A stretch of 63,088 nucleotides of DNA, counting the filler, from Reclinomonas americana ATCC 50394 (lineage: Eukaryota), in NCBI GenBank assembly GCA_048213135.1. It is 6 parts of 3 records of this genome, joined end to end, with 100 filler letters (N's around TTAATTAATTAA, not from the genome) between each part and the next. Parts side by side here need not be neighbours in the genome. Positions count along the whole stretch, not along the records: positions 1 to 11,023 come from PS015190.1; 5 more parts are not named here. One strand, written 5' to 3'. The position numbers and the translations under genes were made by a program. Within the stretch, counting starts at the first letter, position 1. Each line of letters opens with the position of its first letter. Below the pieces are notes generated by a model. The model had not been told where the DNA came from. It made no database searches and saw nothing but the letters and a program-made list of their open reading frames with translations. This document shows positions 1 to 11,123 of this stretch, in pieces.

Positions 1-3000
1 GACTCTCGTCGTTGCAGATGCGTGAGTTGCTCTTCTCTGGCGAAGTGATTGACCAGAGTCTGGTGCGACGTGTGCTCCGCGAGGCGCTGCAGTCACCCGA
101 AGTCCTGTCGCGAGGTTTGCACGAACCATAAGCATTCCATGTCGCGCTGCTGTGCACTCAGTCTTGTTCTCTTATGTGCGACCAGGCTACGTCATTGACG
201 AGCTGCCGCAGTCGGGTGCCGATCGCTCCACACTCAAGGAGGTGAGCCGACCAGTCCGTCTTCTTGCATTTCGTTGGTGCTTGCGTACTCATTCGCGTGG
301 GACAGTTCTTTGACGAGGCCGGCCTGCGCACCAATCCTCCCGAGTACATTATCGACCTGGATGCCAGCGACGAGGATGTGTTGCGACGCACCACGGAGCT
401 GCAGGAGAATCCGGTCACGAACCAGTATCACTCGGAGTGGGATCTCAATCCACCCGAGTACCAGCATCGCTTGCATCGCCAGCGACTGGAGGAGAAGAAG
501 CGACGCGATCGTGCTGGCCGAGAGGACGAGGAGGAAGAGGAGGAGCCGGAGGAGGAAGAGGAGGAGCTCGACGAGGACGGCAATCCGATTGTTGCGTGCG
601 AGTGTTGTGGAGGAGGCGTGGCGATGTGACTGAAGGTGATTCTGTGTTATTGTCGAGCAGCCGAAGTGCGGAAAGGGCGTGTATCTGGACCCGGAGACTC
701 GGAAGCGCCTCATTGCACCGCTGGTGTACCAGGAGACCGTCAAGGAGAGCTTCTTGTCACACTTGCCGATCAGCCAGCTCATTCCGCGCCCAGTGTACGA
801 GGCCGCCAGGAAGCGCAATCGTCTAATTGTTCTCGACGCATGTCAGGTGCTGTGAGCCGTTGTTGGGCACTCTTGTTGCGGATATGTGACTCATTGCGAA
901 TGCGTACTCTCAGCCATTTGCGGATGTGTGGCGCTCATTGCAGCTGCACTTGGGTAACGTGCAGCGTGTGGCTGTGGCTCGCCGCGCGTTGCTTCCGCAA
1001 GACGAGGACTCGAAGATTGAGGATCCCGAGCAGCAGTTGCAGTTTTTGCTGGAGGGCAACGAGGCCATGGGCAAGGTTGCGCTGTCCGAGTACGGCCAGT
1101 CGTGCCCGGTGGAGATGATGATGGGACGTCGTATTGCTGGATCGCCCGAGTATGCCGTGGTGTACCGAGTTGCGCGCCACACACACCCCCACCCTCTCAA
1201 CCTGTCGTCTCCTGTTTAACTCAACCGCCCGTCGTTGTTGTTGTCGCAGAATCAACTGTACTTGTGCAGTTCGGCCAAGGCCATGCAAGTGATGCTCGAC
1301 AATCCCACTCTGGTGCTGCGCTTCAAGCCCGAGCTGCGACACTTTAATGGCCTCGTACTTGGTCCGCGCCAGAGCGGCAAGCGAACTCTGAGTGAGGCCC
1401 TGGCCGAGCGCTACAATCTGCGCACCCTGTCCATGCCACATCTCATGCACAAGCTGATGAGTTCGGAGCTGGAGGCCACGCACCCGCTTGCTCCGCTCAA
1501 GCAGGAGGTGACTACGCAGCTGCGCAAGAACGAGCCGCTGTCGCCCGATTTCTTTGCCAAATTGCTGGCCTTTGAGCTGCGCCTGGTGAGTGACCGTAGT
1601 CGCACTACGAGTCGTCATCCCCGCTTCCCACATTACTCACCTTGTGGCGTTGGCACAGGCGGAGCCTGTTGTGCAGTCACTCTCCAGTGTGGAGGCTGCT
1701 GTGGCTGGTCACTGCCGTTCTGGCCAGGGTGTTCTGCTCGTCGGTTTCCCGTACACACTGGAGCAGTTGCAGGCGGTCATTCGCGTTGGATTCCAACCCA
1801 ACCTCGTGTTCTCCCTGGAGGCTGGTGCGGCAGCTGTTCGTATTTTACACAGTACGGGCATTTGACTCATTCCTCTGTTTTTTTCGGTGTAGACTTGGAT
1901 CAGGAGGAGAGCATTGTGGCGAAGCGCTACGCGGCACGGTATCCGGGTATTCCCGGCGAGCTGGAATCGTTGCGTGGCATGGTGGCGCTTGTCTTGCTTC
2001 ACCCTTTAGCTATCGCGCTCACCTGTTGTCGTTACGACAGGTTTGGTCCACCGCTGGCATCTCTGGCCACGGCCAATGCCGCTATTGCCGCCATTTGCGG
2101 ATTCTGCGAGAGCCCCGAAGAGCCGTTCCAAGACATGCCCCCCGTCAAGGTGATTCGCCTCGAGGTGCCGCGCATGAGGACACCGGAGGTTGGCTTGGAG
2201 CTGGCCTCGTTGGCGTTTGATCCGTTCGTGCGCAAGTGTGTGCCGGCTGAGGAGGATCAGCTCGGTGGCGAAGAGGAAGACCCTGAAGGTTTGGATTTTT
2301 CGCAGTTGCTGCCTGCCTTTTGCTGCTGCTGCTCACGTGGTCGTGCTCTCACGCAGAGGATGAGGACGCACCGGGTCCCAAGTACACCGACGACGAGAAG
2401 GCGGCTGTGCGCAACGTGACGTGCAAGTTTGGCGACTACCACAATTACTGCCCGGTGGAGTTCCACGAGCGACGGCGGCTGGTGCGCGGAAAGCAGGAGT
2501 TCGCCACTGTGTTTGAGGGACGCGTGTATCTCTTTGCCTCGGAGGCGAACATGACGCGCTTCACTTCGCTACCGCTGGCGTACCTGGAGCAGATGCCGGC
2601 CGTGTCGCAAGCGCTGTTGCTGAGCAGTTGCGCGCACTCGATCATTCTTGTGTGTGGCGATGGCGAAAAAAGAAAAAACTCACACTTGTCACCGCACACA
2701 CAGTGAGTGAGCGGCGTCCGATCCCGCCGATCCGCGTTGCGATTGCTGGCGTCGACGGTGCCGGTGCTACGACGCTGGCCGAGCACTTGAGCAGCACCTA
2801 TCAGGTACCGGTGGTCAACTGTTCCGACGACTTCCTCGCGTCGCTGGCGGAGACCGACTCGGAGGCCGGCATTGCTGTGCGCACTATGCGCGATGAAAAG
2901 GCGGCCGCAGCAGAGCTCCGCGAGCGCAACAAGGCGATCCAGAAGGTACACGACTTGTGTGTGTGCCTCTTTTTATTCCTCGCACCTGCGTTCTCCTGTC

Positions 3001-6000
3001 CTGATTGTCGCGATACAGACCATCAAGCTGCTGGCCGCCAATGGTGTGGCCGACGAGGAGGAAGAGGGCGATGGAGAAGCGGCGGCGGCCGAGGAGGTTT
3101 GTCGTATTGCTGCGCCGTGGTATCACCACAATGTGCACAGTGCTGACTGGGCTGACGCAAAAAATCGTAGGGCGCTGCGTCGCTGGAGCGCCTCCGCACG
3201 CTGTTGCGCGCGCTCGAGTGCGAACCGTTCCGCTCTAGCGGCTACATTATCGACAAGTTGCCGATGGATCTGTCGGCGGAGCAGACACAGTCACTAATTC
3301 CTACTCTTCGACTCGACGCCGTCATCTCGCTGCAAGTGGAGAGCGAGAAGATTGTGAAGAGGTGGGGTTGTGTTGGTTGTTTGCTGCAGCGCGCACAGAG
3401 TCGCTGACTGCATTCTCTGTGCTTTTATTCGGCAGACTGAGTCCGGCAGCGGCCAAGGTCGAGTACGCCAGGCGCGCCACGAAGAAGGCGGAGCGCGCTG
3501 CTCGACTGGCCGAACGTGCCGCACGCCCATACACGGGAATCGACGAGGAGGAGGGTGAAGAGGCCGAGCAGGAGGAGGAGGAGGAGGAGGAAGAGCCGGT
3601 GGAGGATGTGGTGCGCGGTCAGATCGAGGAGACGTATGGAGCGCAGAGTGGTGGTGTGGAGGCCGCAGTGGAGGCGCTGCGTGAGGAGAACGTGCGAATC
3701 GTCGAGGTGGATTCGAACCGCACGATCAAGCTCACTCGTTTCCTGGTCGAAAGAGATGCGCGTGACATTTTGGCGTCGCGCGCCTCGCTCTTCCAACAGA
3801 CTCACGTGCGCCCAATTGACGCTTGCCTGGCTGAGCTCGGTGAGGAAAGCTGTGCATCCCATGTGTTCGAGTTCTCTCGTGTGCTTACTTACTTGGTTGC
3901 AGACAATGGCACGCTGCTGCTGAGCAAATTCGGCCGCTGCTGCCCGGTGACGTGGAAGGACGACGGCCTGGTGGCCACCTGCCCCGTGGACTACACTGCT
4001 CGCTTCGCCACTGGTTTGTGTGGTGGTCTACCTCTTTCTCGCGTAGCATTCGCCTTTTTGCTCACAATTCGCCGTGCAGGTATCGAGGTGCAAGAATGGG
4101 TGGCTGTGTGCTGTCGCCAGTTTGTGTACTTTGTGCGTGGTCGACTGCGCGCATTGCAGTTCCGTCGCTTCATCCGCGACTACGTTGCGTCGCCAGCGCC
4201 ATCGCCGCTGTGCACACCCAAGATCGCTGTCGTCGGGCCGCCGAAGAGCGGCAAGACGTCGCTTGCTCGCCGTTCGGCTGAGCGCTGGGACGCTGTGTAT
4301 GTGGAGGTCGAAGAGTGCATTGAGCGCGCGTTGGCACTGAAGAGTCCGCTCGGCAAGCGCGTCAAGGAGGTCTTGGTTTCCGGTCGTCCGGTGCCACACT
4401 CGATGGTGGCCGAGTGCGTCAAGTCGTACTCCATGTGCGACGAGTGTGTGCAACGGTTAGTCGCCGATGTGAATGGTGATGTGGGTGCAATGTTGAAACG
4501 CTCACGTGTTGGTGCGTGCAGCGGGTACGTGATCGACAACTTCCCGTCGAGCATGCAGTACGCGTCGCACGCCGAGCGTCTCGGAGTCGTGTTGGACATG
4601 ATTGTCGACCTGGCGATCTCGGCGGACGAGTTGGAGCGACGACGACAGGTTGACTACAATGCCGCGTACCAGTCGACGACGTTGACCAAGGAGCAAAAGT
4701 TGTGTGCCACCGCATGCTCGCTTTGCCGAGAGAGAGTGTGTGCTGACATGCCCCGCAGGAGCGAGTTGATGTATGCCAACTCGCCGCATGTCATGGCCTC
4801 CAAGGTGCAGGGCCAGGGTGCAAAGCAGGTACAGGAGCGCATCAAGTACTTCCAGAGTCTGCGGTGGAACACACAAGGTTTGTGCGACACGTGGCAGCTC
4901 ATCCAAGGCGATGTCGGCTCATGTCACTTACTGTACACTTGCAGAACTGGATGCCAGCGAGTCAAAGTGGCAGCTGGTGGAGCAATGCTGCACCGTTTCC
5001 GACAGGAGACGTGCCAATCTGCAAGCGTACAAGCGCGCACTGGCCACTGGTTTGTGTCCTCATATGTGCAGGTGCCATTAGTTTCGCCAGCTGATTGTTG
5101 TGCGTTTCGTTTCGGCAGATCAACCAGTGTGCATCTACGACACGGGCATCACTCACGAGGATGTGGCGAGTCGATTGAGTACATTTGAGAGATATTGTGC
5201 CGTGCACCACTTGGACCAGAATGTGCTCGTGGAGTGCGACAGCGACGTCAAGTACCAGTTTGCCGCCGAGTACAAGGTGCGACACTATGATTCTCCGTGT
5301 GGATTTGTTGATGTGAGCAGCTCTAAATCTCACTGGCTACATGGCGCAGGACTACATTTTCTTTACGCGCGACGCTGCGTCGCTGGCCATCTTCATGGAT
5401 AATCCAGAGAGGTACTACGCGGCGCATGTGGACCGTCACGCACCACTGCCACCGCAGAGACCACATGCTCTGTCGGCAGAGGAGCTGGCGGTGTACGACG
5501 AGCAGGACTCCTCACACGGCTCGTCGGCGTCGGGCGACGTGGTGCTGGACACGAACCGTGGCCCATTCGATGTCGACTACCGGTTCGGCCTGGGCGGCTA
5601 CTGCCCGGTGACACTGACCGAGTCGCCTGTCACGTGAGTGCGCGTGGTCATCATGAGCTTCCATCACTGCCCCTAATCGTCGCCGTGCAGTGCACCCAAA
5701 TTGATTCGCGGCCTCAAATCGCTGGCGGTGGAGTACGCCGGGCACGTGTACACCATGGCCGACGAGGAGAAGCGGAAGCGCTTTATGAAGTTTCGTCGTC
5801 TTGTGAAGAAACTTCCGTTGACATTGGCTGTGTGTGTCTGACACGTTTCGCACGCGCGCAGTGCTCCGTGGAAGTTTATCAATCGCCAGCTGCCGCGGAA
5901 GCTGCCACCACCGAAGCAGCCGGACTTTGACATCAAGTCGCTGCCGAATCTGGGTTTCTTGGAGCAGACACTGGCCGAGCAAATTGTACAGGTGTGCAGA

Positions 6001-6435
6001 TGATACACAAGAAGCGAGGAGCGCTATGCGTGGCAACTTACATTTTTTTTTTTTGTGCGTTGCAGAGTTTGAATGCCGTCGGTCGTTTCCGCCCCAAGCA
6101 CCCCGAACTTGACGCCCGTGATTCGGCGCTCAAGTATCTGGCTCTCCACTTGCGAGGTCAGTGCTTTACTGCCGGTCTCTCTTTCTCTCAAAACACACAT
6201 CATGCATGTGCTAATGTCGAATCTCTCCGCAGCTGCGAACGCAAGGAACACGTCGTTTGCCAAGGAGCGACGGGAGGAGGTGCTGGAGACCTTTTCTGAA
6301 GCCTGCAGATTGCTGGCTGCACTGGCCACCGACCAGGATCAGGTGAATTCGCCGACTGGAAAGGGAGCGGCGCGTCAGCAAATGCAACTGTTTGCGACGT
6401 TGAGCGGCAAGACCTGGAATGAGTATTGGGTGTGA
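1..6435 (+). CDS. AK9: Adenylate kinase 9-like multi-domain flagellar nucleotide kinase with YHS-like repeats; about 21 introns; 5' end outside the window
   Basis: Spliced exons give repeated kinase domains (GYVIDELP, P-loops GPRQSGKRT and GPPKSGKTS, GYIIDKLP, GYVIDNFP), repeated YCPV/CCPV...YLF YHS-like motifs and a C-terminal AVGRFRPKHP...SALKYLALHLR segment. Stop TGA at 6433-6435. Confidence 0.9.
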
Positions 6436-6511
6436 GCGGGTGGTGACAGTACGTCGCAAGCGCACACCGGAAGTGAATAACGAACAAACAACATTATCAT
6501 AATCTTCATCG

Positions 6512-7771
6512 TCAGCTGGCACAACTCCACTTGAATGCAGTGACGCGGGCGTCCTCCTCCACAAAGCACCGCAGCACGAGTCGCGGCAGTGGTTCCCACA
6601 CGTAGCCGTCTTCGTCCTCCAGATCCGCGGCATCGTAATCCGAGAGCCAGTCGACGCACTGTGAGACAGCCTCCCATTCACGCTCGGCACACCACACGGC
6701 ACTCCAGGCTACGACACACAACAGGATGTCAAGAAACAAAAGCGGTGGGTGAATCAGCAACTGCGAGGATACGAGTGCCATCTCACCACCACTCCACACT
6801 CGCGCGCTCTTATCCCACGACGCCGTGATCAGCTGGCGACTTGGCAGCAGCGCCGCCGCACTCACCGACGAGGAGTGACCGTTCAACACACTGATGCACT
6901 CGCCCGAGTGCGTCGACCACACGCGAGCGGTGCGATCTGTCAAGAAAACAAGGGAGTGTAAAGACAAGAGAAGAGGCATGCAGACAGGTGCACTCGCCGA
7001 ACCGTCCGAGGTGGAGACAATGTGGCGCCCGTCGGGTGTGCTCAGCACAGACGTCACGGCCTTGGTGTGCCCCTTCAGTTCGCGACTCATCGTTCCTGTC
7101 GCCAGTGACCACAGCTCGACATTCTTGCCGGCCCCAATCACCATGGTGTCGCCGTCGGGCAGCAGAGCGAGAGCAAACGCCGGACGACCCGTGCGGATCG
7201 CACGCAACTTGCTCCCACTGGCCGTATCCCACAAACACACTGTCTGATCACGCGACGCACTGACCAGCGTCGTCGCATCGGTGGGGAGGAACGCCAGACC
7301 GCACACCGTGTTCATGTGCTCCTCGATGCGTCGCAACAGTGCACCCGTGTCGGCATCCCACAGAATGATCGCATTGTCGCCCGCCGCGCTGCAGACCAGC
7401 TGGCCATCGGGCGACATCACCAACGCGCGCGTGGTGCTCCCATGCCCGACGCCCTCCCACACAAGTCGCACCGCCTTGCCGCCATCAATGTCAAACTCAA
7501 ACGCGCGAATCACCGCATCAAAGCTGTACCCGCCATCGCCAGTCACCAATCGCCGCGGCCGCGTCGGATCAAACACCACACGATACACCGTGTCACGATG
7601 ATAGCCACTGCTCACCGTGCACACCAGCTGCAGTCGACCACTGGCACCCACAGCCTGCAGCACATACACCGACTTGTCCGCGCATGCCAGCGCCACCAGC
7701 GAATCGCACGCCGACACCGCCACCCACTGAATGGTCGCCACAGGAGGCACATCAAAGCGCGAGGTCTCCAT
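6512..7771 (-). CDS. WD40-repeat protein (two probable in-frame introns)
   Basis: GH...SAAGDNAIILWD, SASRDQTVCLWD, GHTKAVTSV and TASWDKSARVW repeats; ATG at 7771. Confidence 0.9.
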   Translation of the reverse strand: METSRFDVPPVATIQWVAVSACDSLVALACADKSVYVLQAVGASGRLQLVCTVSSGYHRDTVYRVVFDPTRPRRLVTGDGGYSFDAVIRAFEFDIDGGKAVRLVWEGVGHGSTTRALVMSPDGQLVCSAAGDNAIILWDADTGALLRRIEEHMNTVCGLAFLPTDATTLVSASRDQTVCLWDTASGSKLRAIRTGRPAFALALLPDGDTMVIGAGKNVELWSLATGTMSRELKGHTKAVTSVLSTPDGRHIVSTSDGSASAPVCMPLLLSLHSLVFLTDRTARVWSTHSGECISVLNGHSSSVSAAALLPSRQLITASWDKSARVWSGGEMALVSSQLLIHPPLLFLDILLCVVAWSAVWCAEREWEAVSQCVDWLSDYDAADLEDEDGYVWEPLPRLVLRCFVEEDARVTAFKWSCAS

Positions 7772-7881
7772 TACTGTTTTTGCGCGCGAAAACAAACTTG
7801 ATTAATTGCTTTTTAGACAGCGGACGGGTGGATGAACCGAGAGGCGTTGATTGTGGTGCTGGTGTTTCCCTGTGCGCCCAC
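7772..7881. promoter_or_regulatory. Probable 110-bp bidirectional promoter region between the WD40 gene and CCDC81
   Basis: Head-to-head ATGs at 7771 (-) and 7882 (+). AT-richer stretch with near-palindrome TTTTGCGCGCGAAAA (7778-7792) containing an E2F-like TTTCGCGC on the - strand. Confidence 0.5.
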
Positions 7882-10432
7882 ATGTCGTCCTTTGACACGG
7901 CTGCACTGTTCCAGCAGTGCTCCACACGCAAGCTATCGGCGACAGCTTCCGCGGCCGACGCAGCTCGCTTTGAGGCGGTGTGGACGGCACTGTGCCGCCA
8001 GATCCGACAGCGACTCGATGCTCGCCAGGTTAGAAGCAGTCCTCTCTGACAGTCAAGAGGCCTGTCTGTCTGTCTCTCACACAAACGTACACATGCAGGG
8101 CGTTGTGGTTCCGGGCCTCGGTCGTTTTTCCTTTGATGTGGGTGCCTTTACGGTGGCCGCGGCCGATGGAGGCGACGTGCAGCCGCGCCACTCGTTTGTN
8201 NNNNNNNNNNNNNNNNNNNNNNNNNNNNNNNNNNNNNNNNNNNNNNNNNNNNNNNNNNNNNNNNNNNNNNNNNNNNNNNNNNNNNNNNNNNNNNNNNNNN
8301 NNNNNNGAGCGCCACGATCGTTCCGAGCCGTGCGAGGCAGCCGTGGCCGGACGCCGTGTGGGCACCGTGATCGCCGCCGGTGTCGTCGGTCGATGAAGCG
8401 AAGGCACGTTCTCCGACGACGGCGACGGCAACGGAGGGAACTGCTGCTGCGGCGCCGAGTGATACGACTGCGGCGACGACGGGTGCGGGTGGTGGTGAGA
8501 GGACGACACGACGGAGCCTCGCGACGCCGGGCGATCCATAATGTTGCCACGCGACGGCGGAGGCGGCACGAGAATGTTGGAGCGCGTACTCGCTGCCGTG
8601 CCCGGCCGCCCACCCGACTGCGCCGTTCCCGGCCTCGCCGCCGCGGCCGCCGTCCGTGGCCGCTCCTGCGCACCAGCAGCGGCCTCCGCCGTCTCCATCG
8701 CCGGCAGCGGATCCACTGTCTGCTCGGAGCCCCCTCCACCAGCCCCGTTACCGAGCGGATAAAACGTCAGCAGGCCACCATGTGCACTGAAGACGCCGAC
8801 ATCATCCATCACCACCTCCACCGACGAGTACGACGCAATGGCCTTGCCGAGCTGGTACACCAGCTCGGCCAGCGCTCGCGAGACAATCTCAAACGAGATG
8901 CCCGTCTCTCTGCTCAGCGACCCCACATGCACCTCGTGCACTCGCAGGTGGCTGTTGAGCGTCTTGAGCGTCGTGCGCACACTGGCCGACAGCACCGGAT
9001 TCGCCATGGTCATCATGCCCCCAAACCGCTTCGCAGGCGACACGGATCGCCCACGTGCTGCTCCTCCTCCTCCTCCTCCACCCACTGATCGCCTCATGCG
9101 GATGTTGTGCGACGAGAGGAACTGCTCCGAGGCCNNNNNNNNNNNNNNNNNNNNNNNNNNNNNNNNNNNNNNNNNNNNNNNNNNNNNNNNNNNNNNNNNN
9201 NNNNNNNNNNNNNNNNNNNNNNNNNNNNNNNNNNNNNNNNNNNNNNNNNNNNNNNNNNNNNNNNNNNNNNNNNNNNNNNNNNNNNNNNNNNNNNNNNNNN
9301 NNNNNNNNNNNNNNNNNNNNNNNNNNNNNNNNNNNNNNNNNNNNNNNNNNNNNNNNNNNNNNNNNNNNNNNNNNNNNNNNNNNNNNNNNNNNNNNNNNNN
9401 NNNNNNNNNNNNNNNNNNNNNNNNNNNNNNNNNNNNNNNNNNNNNNNNNNNNNNNNNNNNNNNNNNNNNNNNNNNNNNNNNNNNNNNNNNNNNNNNNNNN
9501 NNNNNNNNNNNNNNNNNNNNNNNNNNNNNNNNNNNNNNNNNNNNNNNNNNNNNNNNNNGTCGTCGAATCCACCGGCCAGCAGGAGAAGTGGGGAGGCGCA
9601 CGCGCTGTCGGCCTCGATCATCTCGTCGGCACAGGGCAAGGGCGTCAGCCGTGCGCCCAACCCGATTGCTGTTGGTGAGCGCTGCTTTCTTTTTGTTCTT
9701 CCTTGATTGCAGTAGCTCATGATCGCGGCAGAGACGGCCATGACGGAGGCTTTCGAGAGGTACCGACAGCAAATGGAGCGTCGGCTGGCGGAGGAGTCGC
9801 AGTGGCACCAGGCACTGGAGAACGACATTTCCGACGCACGACTCGACCGCATGCGGCACAAATTGGAGACGCGCAAGCGGCACCAGGCCACTGCCGAGTA
9901 CCTCACCGCGCAGGTGTGTGGGGGTGTGTGGGTGTGTGGAAGAGGAGAAAGTCGTAGGAGCGTCGAATCTCATCTCCTTGTCGGTTTCTTGTAGATGCAA
10001 GAACGCAATCACCATCGCGACGAGGAGCGACAGGATGACCTATCGGCACCGATCGATCTGGATGTCGAGCATCCGGCCTTCCCCGTGGAGCCGGGCGAGG
10101 AGCTCCGCGTGTATCGACGCGGGCGACTGACCAAGGCCGACACCGTGCCTGTCCTGCTGCAACAAATGCAAGAGAAGCGTGAGCGCGACGCCCAACTGCG
10201 TGAGCAAGATCGCCGCGAGCAGCTGGAGATGGTGCAAGCGGAGCAGCGGGCCATTGAGGCGGACCGGATGGAGCGACTGGAGAGGAAAGTCATGACCACG
10301 CGCGTGCTCACCGACGCCTGGGCCAGCCAGCGGGCAATTCGACCACCGGATATGCAGAATCCGCGTGTCGCGATGCAGCTGCTGAGCTCGTCCGGCGGTG
10401 CCACTCCCATTGCCTTCCACAACCGCAATTAA
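7882..10432 (+). CDS. CCDC81: CCDC81-like protein (two HU-like domains plus C-terminal coiled coil); middle segment 8307-9134 is flipped in the assembly
   Basis: VWTALCRQIRQRLDARQ|GVVVPGLGRFSF...HSFV continues in frame into ASEQFLSSH...SRETGISFEIVSRALAELVYQLGKAI...VVMDDVGVF on the reverse complement of 8307-9134, then into coiled-coil exons ending at TAA 10430-10432. Confidence 0.8.
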
Positions 10433-11067
10433 TATACACCTCTCGGAGCACAAAACCAAAACGCCGACGTTCACTCTCGATTTCTCCGACGTTCTCTTTG
10501 TGAATCTTGCATCGTTGTCAGTGAGAGAGAGAGAGAGCGTGAGAGGGAGTACGCAACTGTCATGACAGACGCAGCCGACAAATGTTGCGTCGCATACACA
10601 CACACGCACAACACGCACAGTCGTTCGTTCCACTCTCTCTCACACACACACGCACTCCACAACGTAGCAAGTTGCAATTCCGCCATGTCGCGCGTGCTCT
10701 CTCTCTCTCTCTCACACACACGCGCGCGCACTCTCTCACGTGTACTCTCTGTGCCTCTCTCTGACGTGCACACATGTGCGTGTTCTCCTCGTCTCCGCAG
10801 AGAGACATGATATCTTGCATGTCATGAAAGTGTGCGAAAGAGAGAGAGACACACACACACACACTCGTGCACTCTCCTGCAGTGTGTACGCTCACATACA
10901 GCGCAGCCTGCTTGCGCACTCTTCTCATCTACCCTCACGAGACACACACATATATTATTCGCACTTGCACTTACTCTTTCACTCTCCTCCCTCACCCGGC
11001 ATGATGTGTCGTCCCCTCTCGTGNNNNNNNNNNNNNNNNNNNNNNNNNNNNNNNNNNNNNNNNNNNN

Positions 11068-11079
11068 TTAATTAATTAA
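11068..11079. other. Artificial scaffold-concatenation linker TTAATTAATTAA
   Basis: Six-frame stop 12-mer flanked by N runs; identical copies occur at four other sites. Confidence 0.97.
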
Positions 11080-11123
11080 NNNNNNNNNNNNNNNNNNNNN
11101 NNNNNNNNNNNNNNNNNNNNNNN

